The notes beneath the pieces are model-generated. The model did no database searches. It worked only from the letters and a program-made list of their open reading frames with translations, and was not told where the DNA came from. DNA of 64,000 bases, taken from contig CALIGI010000001.1 in the NCBI GenBank assembly GCA_938021205.1, forward strand, positions 2,636-66,635, read 5' to 3'. Position numbers and translations under genes: made by a program. The DNA comes from an uncultured Pseudanabaenaceae cyanobacterium (lineage in GTDB: Bacteria; Cyanobacteriota; Cyanobacteriia; PCC-9006; JAAUQQ01). Of the stretch, positions 47,127-57,273 are shown one piece after another. Every line of letters begins with the position of its first letter. The first letter of the stretch is position 1.

Positions 47127-47235
47127 CACCCCTAGCCCCTCTCCCTGGGGAGAGGGGAAAATAAGAGGCTGAAAAGCATGCTTTTGCGTTGGTTCCCCTT
47201 CTCCCTTAGGAGAAGGGGTTAGGGGATGAGGTCGG
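47127..47235. repeat. MITE-like palindromic repeat family A, full copy, between convergent 3' ends
   Basis: cacccctagcccctctccctggggagagggg...ggttccccttctcccttaggagaaggggttaggggatgaggtcgg. Confidence 0.8.
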
Positions 47236-47257
47236 TTTTGTCCTGTTGTCTCTTGCG

Positions 47258-48223
47258 CTATTTGATCTTGCCGACTGCCCGCCCTACCGTTTCAATGGCG
47301 TTGTAATTGGCATTTTCCGTTGCGATAAAGCTTTCCGCACCAAACAGATCCAAAATCTCAGCCTGATCCGCATCGCTTGCATCCAGTGCCAAGAATGCCT
47401 GTTGAACCTTTTCACTGAAGCCCTCGCCAAAGCGCTCATCCACACTGGGTTGCAAAATCCAGTGGTAGTTGTAGTAGGCGGGAGTTTGGAAAATCACCTG
47501 AACTTTGCTCTCGTCTACCTTGCCTTCTTCCAGGCGACTGCTCCAAACCTGCTCATTCATGGCACCGACCTCGTAGCTGCCCGCTTGGACCACTTCTAGG
47601 ATCGTGTCATGGGAGCCTGAAAAGCCGGGCTGCCCCTGAAGATCCTCCAAGGTGACGCCCGCTTGCTCCATGAAATGCTGGGGCATGAGGCGACCGGAAG
47701 TAGAGGACTCGCTGCCGAAGGTTAGGCGGCGGTCTTTGATCGCGGTGAGACCTTCCACGCTATCAAAGGGCTCAATACCACTGGATGTATTGGCAATAAA
47801 AACGCTGGTGAATTCGTCGTCGATATCTCGCTGGGCGATCGCCTCAGCCCCTTCCACTTGCAAACGCGCCTGTACCCCAGTCAATCCACCAAACCAAACT
47901 AGGTCCAGATCCCCCACCTTAAAGGCGCTGACCGCAGCGGGATAATTTGTCATCTGCTTGTACTGCACCTCCACATCTAGCTCCTCCGCGAGATAGCTCG
48001 TCAGCTTGTCATAGAGGCGGTTGAGTTTTTCGGGATCTTGGTCGGGAATAGCGCCAATGACCAAAACATTCTTGTCAGCGCGATCGCCAATATCGGTGGC
48101 CTGGTCACTGCTTATTGCTCCATTTTCCTCAACCGCTACATTGGGTGAGGAATTGCAGGCTGTCAGCGTCGTAGCACTAATGAGTAAAGCAGCCAGAGCT
48201 TGGCAGAATAGGCGATTGCGCAT
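47258..48223 (-). CDS. phnD: Phosphonate/phosphite-type ABC transporter substrate-binding lipoprotein
   Basis: Lipobox LTAC. LVIGAIPDQDPEKLNRLY, DLVWFGGLTGVQA and GSESSTSGRLMP are typical of the PhnD family. Confidence 0.75.
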   Translation of the reverse strand: MRNRLFCQALAALLISATTLTACNSSPNVAVEENGAISSDQATDIGDRADKNVLVIGAIPDQDPEKLNRLYDKLTSYLAEELDVEVQYKQMTNYPAAVSAFKVGDLDLVWFGGLTGVQARLQVEGAEAIAQRDIDDEFTSVFIANTSSGIEPFDSVEGLTAIKDRRLTFGSESSTSGRLMPQHFMEQAGVTLEDLQGQPGFSGSHDTILEVVQAGSYEVGAMNEQVWSSRLEEGKVDESKVQVIFQTPAYYNYHWILQPSVDERFGEGFSEKVQQAFLALDASDADQAEILDLFGAESFIATENANYNAIETVGRAVGKIK

Positions 48224-48438
48224 GGTTACGGGAGATTACGTGAACAGATTAGGGCTTCTAACCATAACGGCAGGGTAAGGCTCCCTTCATCCGCAGGTGT
48301 TGTCTTATTTACTACTTTGTTGATTCGTTTGGCTTAGAGTTGCGTTGACTGATATGGTTCTGGCCCCCTGGCGACGGGGTATGGCGATCGCCACAATGGT
48401 CAGCGCAATCGTTTAGCGCCAGAGATCCCCAAACCGCC

Positions 48439-48816
48439 ATGACTGAAGAAACCATTTGGGTCGTCACCAGCAACGGCCAGCCCCCAGCCCCTGGCCCTAA
48501 CCTGCCCGAAGGTACCCTCCGGACTGGCAAAGGCGCTCACTCCTCCCACCAACGCTTCGTTGAGCCCAAGCCCCACCCCATCAGCACGAAAAAACTGGAG
48601 CAACGCATGGGCCAGTTCATCAACGCCATGGGCCGGGTCTTTGACCAAGCTGAAGCTCAGGCTCAGAAGAAAGAAGGTCTGCGTTTGGAAGAGATTGAAT
48701 TGTGTGTGGAAATTGGTGCGGAAGGCGAAGTGCGGCTTATGGGCATGGGCGGCGCTAAAGCGGGCGGGCGGGGGGCGATTACCCTGACCTTTCGGCGGCC
48801 TGATAGTGATCGCTGA
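48439..48816 (+). CDS. Small protein with a Trypco2 / CU044_2847-like C-terminus
   Basis: The C-terminal LEEIELCVEIGAEGEVRLMGMGGAKAGGRGAITLTFRR matches the remembered pattern of trypsin-co-occurring domain 2 (...veFgv..saeag......a.a..a.itvtlk). Confidence 0.4.
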   Translation: MTEETIWVVTSNGQPPAPGPNLPEGTLRTGKGAHSSHQRFVEPKPHPISTKKLEQRMGQFINAMGRVFDQAEAQAQKKEGLRLEEIELCVEIGAEGEVRLMGMGGAKAGGRGAITLTFRRPDSDR

Positions 48817-49096
48817 ACAAATCGCTGTCCATCACGGTGTTGTTACAACTGCTTTACCAAAAGATCCAAAGCCTCACCTAGATTTACGGGCCAAAACGAT
48901 TTGCTTAAAAACCATGTCGAATAGGCTCTGGGCTGATCCCCGCTGCGTTAGGGTCCGAATAGGCACCGCAGCAGAGGCCCTCGCACCACTTCTGGTGGAT
49001 CTCTTGCATCAGACCTGGCCCAGTCCTGCTTGCTGCCCTGCCATCAACCCATATGGATGGTGAACGGCGATTGGGCCGCACCCCAAGGAGGCATGT

Positions 49097-51145
49097 ATGC
49101 AAAGTAAAGCTGCGTCTGGCATCCGGAATCTGGCGATCGTGGGTCCCTATTCCAGTGGTAAAACAACGCTCTTAGAAAGCATGTTGTTTGTGACCGAGGC
49201 CATTTCCCGCAAAGGTTCGATTCAGGATAGAAACACCGTTGGGGATGGCTGTACAGAGGCCCGCGATCGCCAAACCAGTGTTGAAATAAGCGCAGCTTTT
49301 ACCGACTTCGGTGAGCTGCGCTTTAATTTTGTCGATTGTCCCGGCTCAATTGAATTTGCCCAGGAAACCTGGAATGCCCTGATTGGGGTAGATGCGGCGA
49401 TCGTCGTTTGCGAGCCCGACATCGAACGGGTGCTCACCCTCTCGCCCCTATTTAAGTTTTTGGATGACTGGGAAATTCCCCATTTCGTCTTTATCAACAA
49501 GATGGATCGGGCCAACCAGAATCGCTTCATGGATGTGCTGCATACCTTGCAGTCAGTTTCCAGCCGCCCCCTCGTGCCCCATCAGTATCCCGTTCACCAG
49601 GGAGAAGACTTGGTCGGCTTTATTGACTTAGTGAACGAAAAGGCATTCCACTACGAAGACCACAGCCCAGCCACCCCCATGGTCCTGCCCGAGGCGCTGC
49701 GAGCAGAGGAGCTACTGGCACGGGAAGAAATGCTGGATGCTCTGTCTAGCTTTGATGATCAACTCTTAGAGACACTGATGGAGGAACGGGAGCCCAAGCC
49801 CGAAGATATTCAAAAAGATCTGAAATGGGAGCTGGGTTCAGCTCTAATTGTGCCGGTATTCTTTGGCCAGGCCGATCAAGATCTAGGGGTGCGTCCCTTA
49901 TTAGATGCGCTAGCCCTAGAGACACCCAGCCCAGCGGAAACAGCCGAGCGGCGTGGCCTGGGTCAATCTAAGGGTAAAGCTGATCAGCCCATAGCCCAGG
50001 TACTGAAGACGTTCTATGTGCCCCAAGCAGGCAAGCTTTCCCTCGTGCGCATTTGGCAAGGGGAATTGAGCGATGGCATAACCCTGAATGGCGATCGCTC
50101 CAGCGGTCTCTATCGCCTCATGGGTCAGCAGCACATGGGCGTGGTGCGGGCCCAGGCTGGCGACATCATTGCGGTAGCTCGGTTAGAGGGCGCTCAAACG
50201 GGCGATACACTGACCCTGGAAGGAGATGCGGCGCTGAGCTTGCCGGGAATCGAGCCCATGCATCCCGTATATGCCCTGGCGATCGCCCCAGAACATCGCG
50301 ATGACGAAGTGAAAATGAGCACCGCCCTCAAGCGCCTCCAAGAGGAAGATCCCTCGCTGCACTGGGAACAACATGGCGATACCCATGAAGTGATCCTCTG
50401 GGGTCAAGGAGAAATCCACCTCAAGGTGAACCTGGCTCGACTGACGAACAAGTACAAGTTGCCCATGGTCACCCACATTCCTCGGGTGCCCTACAAGGAG
50501 ACGATTCGTAAGCGCGGCGAAAACGTCCATGGTCGCTACAAGCACCAGACTGGAGGCCATGGTCAGTTCGGCGATGTCTTTATCGACATTCAGCCCTTAC
50601 CCCGAGGCAGTGGCTTTAACTTTGGCCAGCGCATTGTTGGGGGTGTAGTTCCCAAGCAGTACATTCCCGGCGTCGAAACCGGCGTGCGAGAGTATCTGGG
50701 CCATGGCCCCCTGGGTTTCCCGGTAGTGGATGTGGCGGTGACGTTGACCAATGGGTCTTACCATTCCGTCGATAGCTCAGAGCAAGCCTTTAAGCAGGCC
50801 GCTCGTATTGCCATGCAGCAGGGAATGCCGGGTTGTCAGCCCACATTGCTAGAGCCGATCCTGTCCGTCGTGATTTCGGTGCCCATGGAGTTTACGTCTG
50901 GAGTACTGCGCCTGTTAAGCAGTCGTCGTGGTCAAATCCTGGGCTATGACGGCAAGGAGAATTGGGGAGGCTGGGACGAGGTCACAGCTTATTTGCCCCA
51001 GGCGGAAATGCAAGACTTGATTGTGGAACTGCGATCGCTCACCCTGGGCGTTGGCTTCTTTGACTGGCAGCCCGACCATCTCCAGGAGGTCCCCGACAAA
51101 TTGGCTGAGCGACTGCTAGCCAAAATGGATCGGGCTCAGCGCTAG
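49097..51145 (+). CDS. Elongation factor G paralog (EF-G-like GTPase)
   Basis: G1 is GPYSSGKTT, G3 is DCPG and G4 is NKMD. Domains II-V are recognisable (GDTL, HPVYALAIAP, EDPSL, GQGEIHL, YKETI, GGHGQFG, SYHSVDSSEQAF). Confidence 0.85.
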   Translation: MQSKAASGIRNLAIVGPYSSGKTTLLESMLFVTEAISRKGSIQDRNTVGDGCTEARDRQTSVEISAAFTDFGELRFNFVDCPGSIEFAQETWNALIGVDAAIVVCEPDIERVLTLSPLFKFLDDWEIPHFVFINKMDRANQNRFMDVLHTLQSVSSRPLVPHQYPVHQGEDLVGFIDLVNEKAFHYEDHSPATPMVLPEALRAEELLAREEMLDALSSFDDQLLETLMEEREPKPEDIQKDLKWELGSALIVPVFFGQADQDLGVRPLLDALALETPSPAETAERRGLGQSKGKADQPIAQVLKTFYVPQAGKLSLVRIWQGELSDGITLNGDRSSGLYRLMGQQHMGVVRAQAGDIIAVARLEGAQTGDTLTLEGDAALSLPGIEPMHPVYALAIAPEHRDDEVKMSTALKRLQEEDPSLHWEQHGDTHEVILWGQGEIHLKVNLARLTNKYKLPMVTHIPRVPYKETIRKRGENVHGRYKHQTGGHGQFGDVFIDIQPLPRGSGFNFGQRIVGGVVPKQYIPGVETGVREYLGHGPLGFPVVDVAVTLTNGSYHSVDSSEQAFKQAARIAMQQGMPGCQPTLLEPILSVVISVPMEFTSGVLRLLSSRRGQILGYDGKENWGGWDEVTAYLPQAEMQDLIVELRSLTLGVGFFDWQPDHLQEVPDKLAERLLAKMDRAQR

Positions 51146-51171
51146 TTCTTGTTTGATGGCTTAATCGAAGC

Positions 51172-51205
51172 GAGCTCCCTGGGATAGAAATATTCCAGGG
51201 AGCTC
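51172..51205 (+). terminator. Hairpin downstream of the EF-G-like gene
   Basis: gagctccctgg-(12 nt)-ccagggagctc. The T tract after it is weak. Confidence 0.5.
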
Positions 51206-51533
51206 AATTGTTGCCATGCAGTTGCGTGAACCTGAAGCCTGAAGCCTGAGGGCGGGGCTGACATTGATGAGGTCAGCGACTATAAACAACGGGCAAAGTC
51301 TCGCAGCAAAAAAACAGGCCAAGCTCGGAACAATGGCTTAGAATGCACTTGCTTCCTGGGCCTAAGCTTTCGCGATTCAATTGCGATACTTGGGATGAAC
51401 CGGTGGGATGCCAAATTCCTCCATGCCTAGACAGCATTAGCATCATCTACCCGTCGCGATCCCAGCAAGATTCGCTGCCTCCAGCCAAAGAGGTTGCTAT
51501 TCGCTGAGTGGCGACGCCACTGAGGACAATCCT

Positions 51534-51953
51534 GTGCAGCAGAACAACTTCAAAAACACCAAAGAAGATGGTTTCACAGCGGGGTTAAAGTTCTGGCTGA
51601 TCTTCCTGGTTGTGCTGGTGCTCCTACGCTTTCCTTTGCCCTATGCCATTGTCTTTGGGGCTGTGGGCGGACTGGCGGGGGGTTTTGCCGTAGGTTGGTG
51701 GCAAGAGATGAGCCTGATGCCGGGAAAAAATGGTTATTCTGATGTCTTTGTGACGATGGATGCTCAACGCTTGTTGGAGCTGGATGAATCCGAGTCTGAG
51801 ACCTATGACCGGGCGGAGGGAGTACTCAAGCGTCGTTCCGAATATGTTTCGAACCGTCCCTATGACCGGGATGGTCGTCAGAAGGTCATGAAGAGCTGGT
51901 TGGCTTGGCGTCGCTCATCTCGCCCTCGCTATGAACGCGATCGTCGCCGATAA
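51534..51953 (+). CDS. Hypothetical membrane protein with an Arg-rich C-terminus
   Basis: GTG start. It has two hydrophobic helices (FWLIFLVVLVLL, AIVFGAVGGLAGGFAVGWW). Confidence 0.45.
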   Translation: MQQNNFKNTKEDGFTAGLKFWLIFLVVLVLLRFPLPYAIVFGAVGGLAGGFAVGWWQEMSLMPGKNGYSDVFVTMDAQRLLELDESESETYDRAEGVLKRRSEYVSNRPYDRDGRQKVMKSWLAWRRSSRPRYERDRRR

Positions 51954-52134
51954 GTTCAGATTTGGGACCTACACAATTGCACTTAAGCCATTTTCCCTAG
52001 ACTGAAGCAATTGATTTTTTAGAAAGTATTAAACTTTGCTTCTACTTTAACGATCTACCTGGAGACTTGATGATTGCCTCACGATTCTCCCAGTGATCTG
52101 CCTTAGGATTAAACACATGAGAAGCTGCTTGTGA

Positions 52135-52159
52135 GCCCGGGAGTCATTCCGGGTTTTTT
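52135..52159 (+). terminator. Short GC stem plus T6 terminator
   Basis: cccgg-gagtcatt-ccggg-tttttt. It is immediately followed by a 14-bp perfect hairpin, agggtgaattctct-cttc-agagaattcaccct (52163-52194). Confidence 0.6.
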
Positions 52160-52260
52160 CTTAGGGTGAATTCTCTCTTCAGAGAATTCACCCTATCCAT
52201 AGCCCCTATTTCGGCTTCATTGAAAACGCCATAGCGGATTGAGCCCAGTCGATTAAACGA

Positions 52261-53127
52261 TTAGTCAATCAGCGCCATGGCATGGTGCTGGATATGGTCC
52301 TCCATGAACGAGGCAATAAAGTAATAGCTATGGTCGTAGCCGGGCTGAAGGCGTAGAGTCAGTAGCTGCTGCGCTTCTTCACAAGCTGCCTCAAACAGCT
52401 CTGGCTTGAGCTGCTCCATGAGAAATGAATCGGCGTCACCCTGGTCAATGAGGATGTGGCCACCAAAGTGAGCCGATTTGACGAGTTCGCTGGCATCGTA
52501 GGTTTTCCAGGTTTCGCGATCGCTCCCCAAATAATGGGAAAACGCCTTCTCTCCCCAGGGACAGCGCATGGGAGCCACAATGGGAGCTAGGGCAGAAACG
52601 GAACGGTAGCGTTCTGGATTGCGCAGGGCACAGACCAAGGCCCCATGCCCCCCCATGGAATGGCCCATAATGCCTTGGCGACTGGTATCCGCCGGAAAAT
52701 AACCTTCAACGAGTTGAGGTAGCTCATCAGTCACGTAGCTGTACATACGGTAATGCTGAGCCCAGGGCGCTTCCGTCGCATCCACATAGAAGCCTGCGCC
52801 TTTCGCAAAATCCCAGCTGCGCTCATCATCGGGCACCTCTTCCCCTCGAGGGCTCGTATCCGGTGCCACCAGCATCAGCCCATGGTGGGAGGCATAGCGC
52901 TGGGCACCAGCCTTCGTGGTGAAGTTCTCAGCGCTGCAAGTCAGGCCAGAGAGGTAGTAGAGAACGGGCACTGAACCTTGCGCTGCCTGAGGGGGAATAA
53001 AGACCGAGAAAGTCATGTCACACTGGCAGGCTGTCGAAGCATGACGGTAAAACTGAACCTCTCCCCCAAAACAATGGGTTTTAGATAAAAGCTGGGGAGC
53101 AGGAGAAAGAATGGAGGCGTCTGCCAT
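52261..53127 (-). CDS. frmB: S-formylglutathione hydrolase (esterase D family)
   Basis: FGGEVQFYRHAS, LYYLSGLTCSAENF, GHSMGGHGAL and the DQGDADSFL...GYDHSYYFI motifs. I chose the start at 53127 (MADASIL...). Confidence 0.88.
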   Translation of the reverse strand: MADASILSPAPQLLSKTHCFGGEVQFYRHASTACQCDMTFSVFIPPQAAQGSVPVLYYLSGLTCSAENFTTKAGAQRYASHHGLMLVAPDTSPRGEEVPDDERSWDFAKGAGFYVDATEAPWAQHYRMYSYVTDELPQLVEGYFPADTSRQGIMGHSMGGHGALVCALRNPERYRSVSALAPIVAPMRCPWGEKAFSHYLGSDRETWKTYDASELVKSAHFGGHILIDQGDADSFLMEQLKPELFEAACEEAQQLLTLRLQPGYDHSYYFIASFMEDHIQHHAMALID

Positions 53128-53675
53128 GGTTCGGAATATTGAGTGAAAACGGAAAGTAACAAAACATTGCGAATGCAATTTTTCCTCTGGCAGAAGTGCT
53201 TGGGATAGCACTCTTAATCCATAGAGCCTTGCCTGCAATATCAACCAGTCAAATTGTGTAAATTAATACCTCGAATCTGACATACTTAGTCCTATCGGGA
53301 GTCCCCCTTCATCGGGAATAACCCATGGGAGTATTGAAAAACCCTGGTTCTTAATTATTCTTTTTGCATGTCATAGAAGCTCATGACAGGAATGCATGAT
53401 TTGTAAGTGCAACAAATACAACTAGGTTGCTATAAATGTTCGAGAAAATCATGTTTTATTTTATACTCAAAAATCCGAAAAACCGACTAGACATAGGTAT
53501 TATGGGATTCAAGAAGGCTTCAACAAAGTCTCTTTTAAGATATTGATGCGATGTAGGCCACAGGTTTTTCTATCGATAACTCTATGATGATTCTGCATCA
53601 TATTTCAGATTACTCTCGGCCAACTGTAGTTGCGAAGTTGCCTCGAAAGTTGTCCCACTTAAGCTCAGGTGAATT

Positions 53676-54710
53676 GTGAGAGACCCACGCATTGACCTCC
53701 TCAGATTTCTGGGGCTGTCTTTAATTATTTTTGCCCATGTTGATCCACCTAATCTACTCTTTCAACTGAGGAACTTTGATGTTCCTTTGATGGTAGTTGT
53801 GGCTGGTCTCTCCTTTTCTAAGGCGGGGAAGATTCAATCTTACCGGGGATACCTCTGGAAGCGAATAAAGCGTTTGCTACTTCCCATGTGGTTATTCCTT
53901 TGTGCTTACTTCTTGGTTCTCCATGCTGTGTGGCCCAGCCACGATTGGCTAGAGCTTAAGCATGTGCTTGGTAGTTATGCCCTATTAGGGATCATGGGAG
54001 TTCCCTATGTGTGGATTATCCGAGTGTTTTTGCTCGTGGCGGCGATCGCCCCAGGGATTGCTTGGTTAAATAGACGAATTCAGAGCAATCGCACTTATCT
54101 TTTATTGCTGGCTGGAGCTTACGGCCTTTATGAACTGCTACTCAGTGTGAGCCTTGATGCCAGTCAAGCCTCCGCTGGGGGGAAGCTTTTAGCCCTATTG
54201 ATTTATTACGCTATTGCCTATGGACTTATTTTTGCCCTAGGGGTTCGCCTACCTCAATTGAGCAAAGGGCAAACTCAGGCTGTCTTCTGGACCACTCTGG
54301 GCGTTTTTTTGGCTTTGGGACTAGGGGCCAGCGCTGGATCAACCTTGCCCAACTTGCAAGCATTTAAATATCCGCCCACGGCCTACTACTTGTTCTATGC
54401 AGTATCGATTTCTGCACTACTATGGCTAGCCATTGAACCCATCGTTGCTACTGTGCAGCGGAGCAAATTGGTGGAGGAGTTCATTCTCTTCTGTTCACGC
54501 AACAGCATGTGGCTATATCTCTGGCATATTCCCTTTGTAGAAGTATTTCGTGCCTTGGATTACGGCAATATAGGCGTAAAGTTTTTTGTGGCTTATAGCT
54601 GTGCTGCCTTCATCACCTGGGTACAGTCCAAGTTGATTCGCTTGTCACTGATACCAAATTTGAAGAGCGATTCTATTCGCCGCAACGTGAAGCTAATTTT
54701 GACAGGCTGA
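53676..54710 (+). CDS. Acyltransferase-3 family integral membrane protein (OafA/YrhL-like)
   Basis: RIDLLRFLGLSLIIFAHV start motif and about 10 TM segments. It has a GTG start and a lower GC content than its neighbours. Confidence 0.75.
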   Translation: MRDPRIDLLRFLGLSLIIFAHVDPPNLLFQLRNFDVPLMVVVAGLSFSKAGKIQSYRGYLWKRIKRLLLPMWLFLCAYFLVLHAVWPSHDWLELKHVLGSYALLGIMGVPYVWIIRVFLLVAAIAPGIAWLNRRIQSNRTYLLLLAGAYGLYELLLSVSLDASQASAGGKLLALLIYYAIAYGLIFALGVRLPQLSKGQTQAVFWTTLGVFLALGLGASAGSTLPNLQAFKYPPTAYYLFYAVSISALLWLAIEPIVATVQRSKLVEEFILFCSRNSMWLYLWHIPFVEVFRALDYGNIGVKFFVAYSCAAFITWVQSKLIRLSLIPNLKSDSIRRNVKLILTG

Positions 54711-54790
54711 AGCTGCTTTAAACTGAGTTCAAAAAGGCCAAACTAGCCTCACCTAATAAGTTCACTTGGTTTGGGACTTAGATTTATTGT

Positions 54791-54935
54791 TGTTCGGTTC
54801 TCCTTCTCCCTTAGGAACGAGGACTTATCAATCCTACGCTCTCCTCCTCAAATCCCCCTTGCAGTGCCTAAGCTTGCCAAAGGCAAAGCAGGCAAGTCTA
54901 ATTTAATTCTTGTTCCTTAGGAGATGAGGTCGGTG
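54791..54935. repeat. Degenerate family A MITE interrupted by a family B element (nested insertion)
   Basis: ggttctccttctcccttagga ... ttccttaggagatgaggtcgg flank 54846-54897, which is the reverse complement of the family B core at 15901-15960. CCTTAGGA occurs at both junctions (54809-54816 and 54915-54922). Confidence 0.7.
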
Positions 54936-54991
54936 TCTAAGCCGTCGAACTCATCAGGTTGCTTTACCCTCTTGGCATTTCCCCCCTGTAA

Positions 54992-56134
<1,143 letters not shown>

Positions 56135-56504
56135 CTAGAGCGAGAGAACGCAGCAAATTACGACCGCTGGGGAAAGTCGCTCTTGCCAGAATTAGATGAA
56201 CTTTCCCAAAATGCCAAGGGTTTACGCTCTCAGTGAGAGGGAACTCTTGGGATGAGGCTGGTTCACACTTGTCCTTTAGCCTGCCTGAGTTTGTATAAAC
56301 TCGGTCAAAATCTGAACAAAACGTCTAAAATCTAGTCGTTTATTATGGGCTATGGCAATCGAAGGGCGCAGGCCCAGAGTTGGATCTGTCTCATTCTTTT
56401 GAGGATAGACTAAACAGCTCTGGCGATTGCCCCATATCTATCCCTTGCCTCCAGCGAAATGCCATAGGCTTCGATTACATAAAAGTCCACACAAATTACT
56501 TGTT

Positions 56505-57032
56505 ATGCGTCAGCGCTTTTCTATCTCTCGCTTAGGTTCGGCTTTGGGTGGGGCGGTTGTCGTCCTTAGTATGGCTGGGATGTCGGCCATGGCCATTGAG
56601 GCCATCAGCTTTGAAAATCTCACGAACATCAGTGTTTGTGTCGGTCAATCGGTGGATTGTAACCGCCATTATATTGACCATGACAGCACTGGCTTGGGTC
56701 TCTATGACGAGATTCAGTACCAGGTGAGCAATAACTCTGAGCTTGCCAATGATGAGGTGGAGCTGGGTTTCCGCTCTATCTTGGATTGGGCCAAGGAAAT
56801 CCGTGTTATTAACGCTGATGGACTGCAGCTTGTAAAGATGGAAGCTGAAGATAAGGACAGCCGCCTACGCCGCACCACTCTCAAGGCAAGTGATTTGGAA
56901 GGTGCCAAGGTGATTTTTGTGAAGGGTCGCTTGTTTGGTGTTCGTCGGGTGATGTATGAAATGCCGTTGACCCAGGACACGCTGGAGAAGTTGAGTGGCC
57001 GTCGGGTTACCTTCACTTGGGTTCGTGACTAG
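56505..57032 (+). CDS. Hypothetical secreted protein
   Basis: I chose the start at 56505 (MRQRFSISRLGSALGGAVVVLSMAGMSAMA signal-like). No other motif is recognisable. Confidence 0.45.
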   Translation: MRQRFSISRLGSALGGAVVVLSMAGMSAMAIEAISFENLTNISVCVGQSVDCNRHYIDHDSTGLGLYDEIQYQVSNNSELANDEVELGFRSILDWAKEIRVINADGLQLVKMEAEDKDSRLRRTTLKASDLEGAKVIFVKGRLFGVRRVMYEMPLTQDTLEKLSGRRVTFTWVRD

Positions 57033-57187
57033 CAGAGACTCTGGTCTTGAGTCTTGATAGCCGTTGCCACATCATTTAGGACATTCATAGTCTGTCAAAG
57101 CTACAAATGGCAGGCGGTGGTGTGGACAGCAAGTGTCCTAGCAAGTGAGGCCGTTGCTATACTTGAGGCAGAATCTAGATCGCAGTT

Positions 57188-57233
57188 AAAACCAAAGCGG
57201 CATCTCAATATTCTGAGATGCCGCTTTGGTTTT
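57188..57233. terminator. Bidirectional intrinsic terminator between convergent genes
   Basis: aaaaccaaagcggcatctca-atattc-tgagatgccgctttggtttt. Confidence 0.85.
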
Positions 57234-57273
57234 GAGCTATAGGTTGTACTGAAGATCGAGTTTAACGATTGGC

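Noticed and set aside
48224-48330. Possible Pho box (PyTTAAPyPy[T/A] repeats) upstream of phnD.
   Set aside because: Only one of three 11-bp-spaced units (CTTACCCT) approaches the consensus. The other two match at 4 of 8 positions or fewer.
48806-49102. Two mutually overlapping weak ORFs (48806-49063 + and 48905-49102 -) between the Trypco2-like gene and the EF-G paralog.
   Set aside because: Neither has recognisable motifs or a ribosome-binding site. One overlaps the EF-G start codon region. I cannot decide whether either is real from sequence alone.
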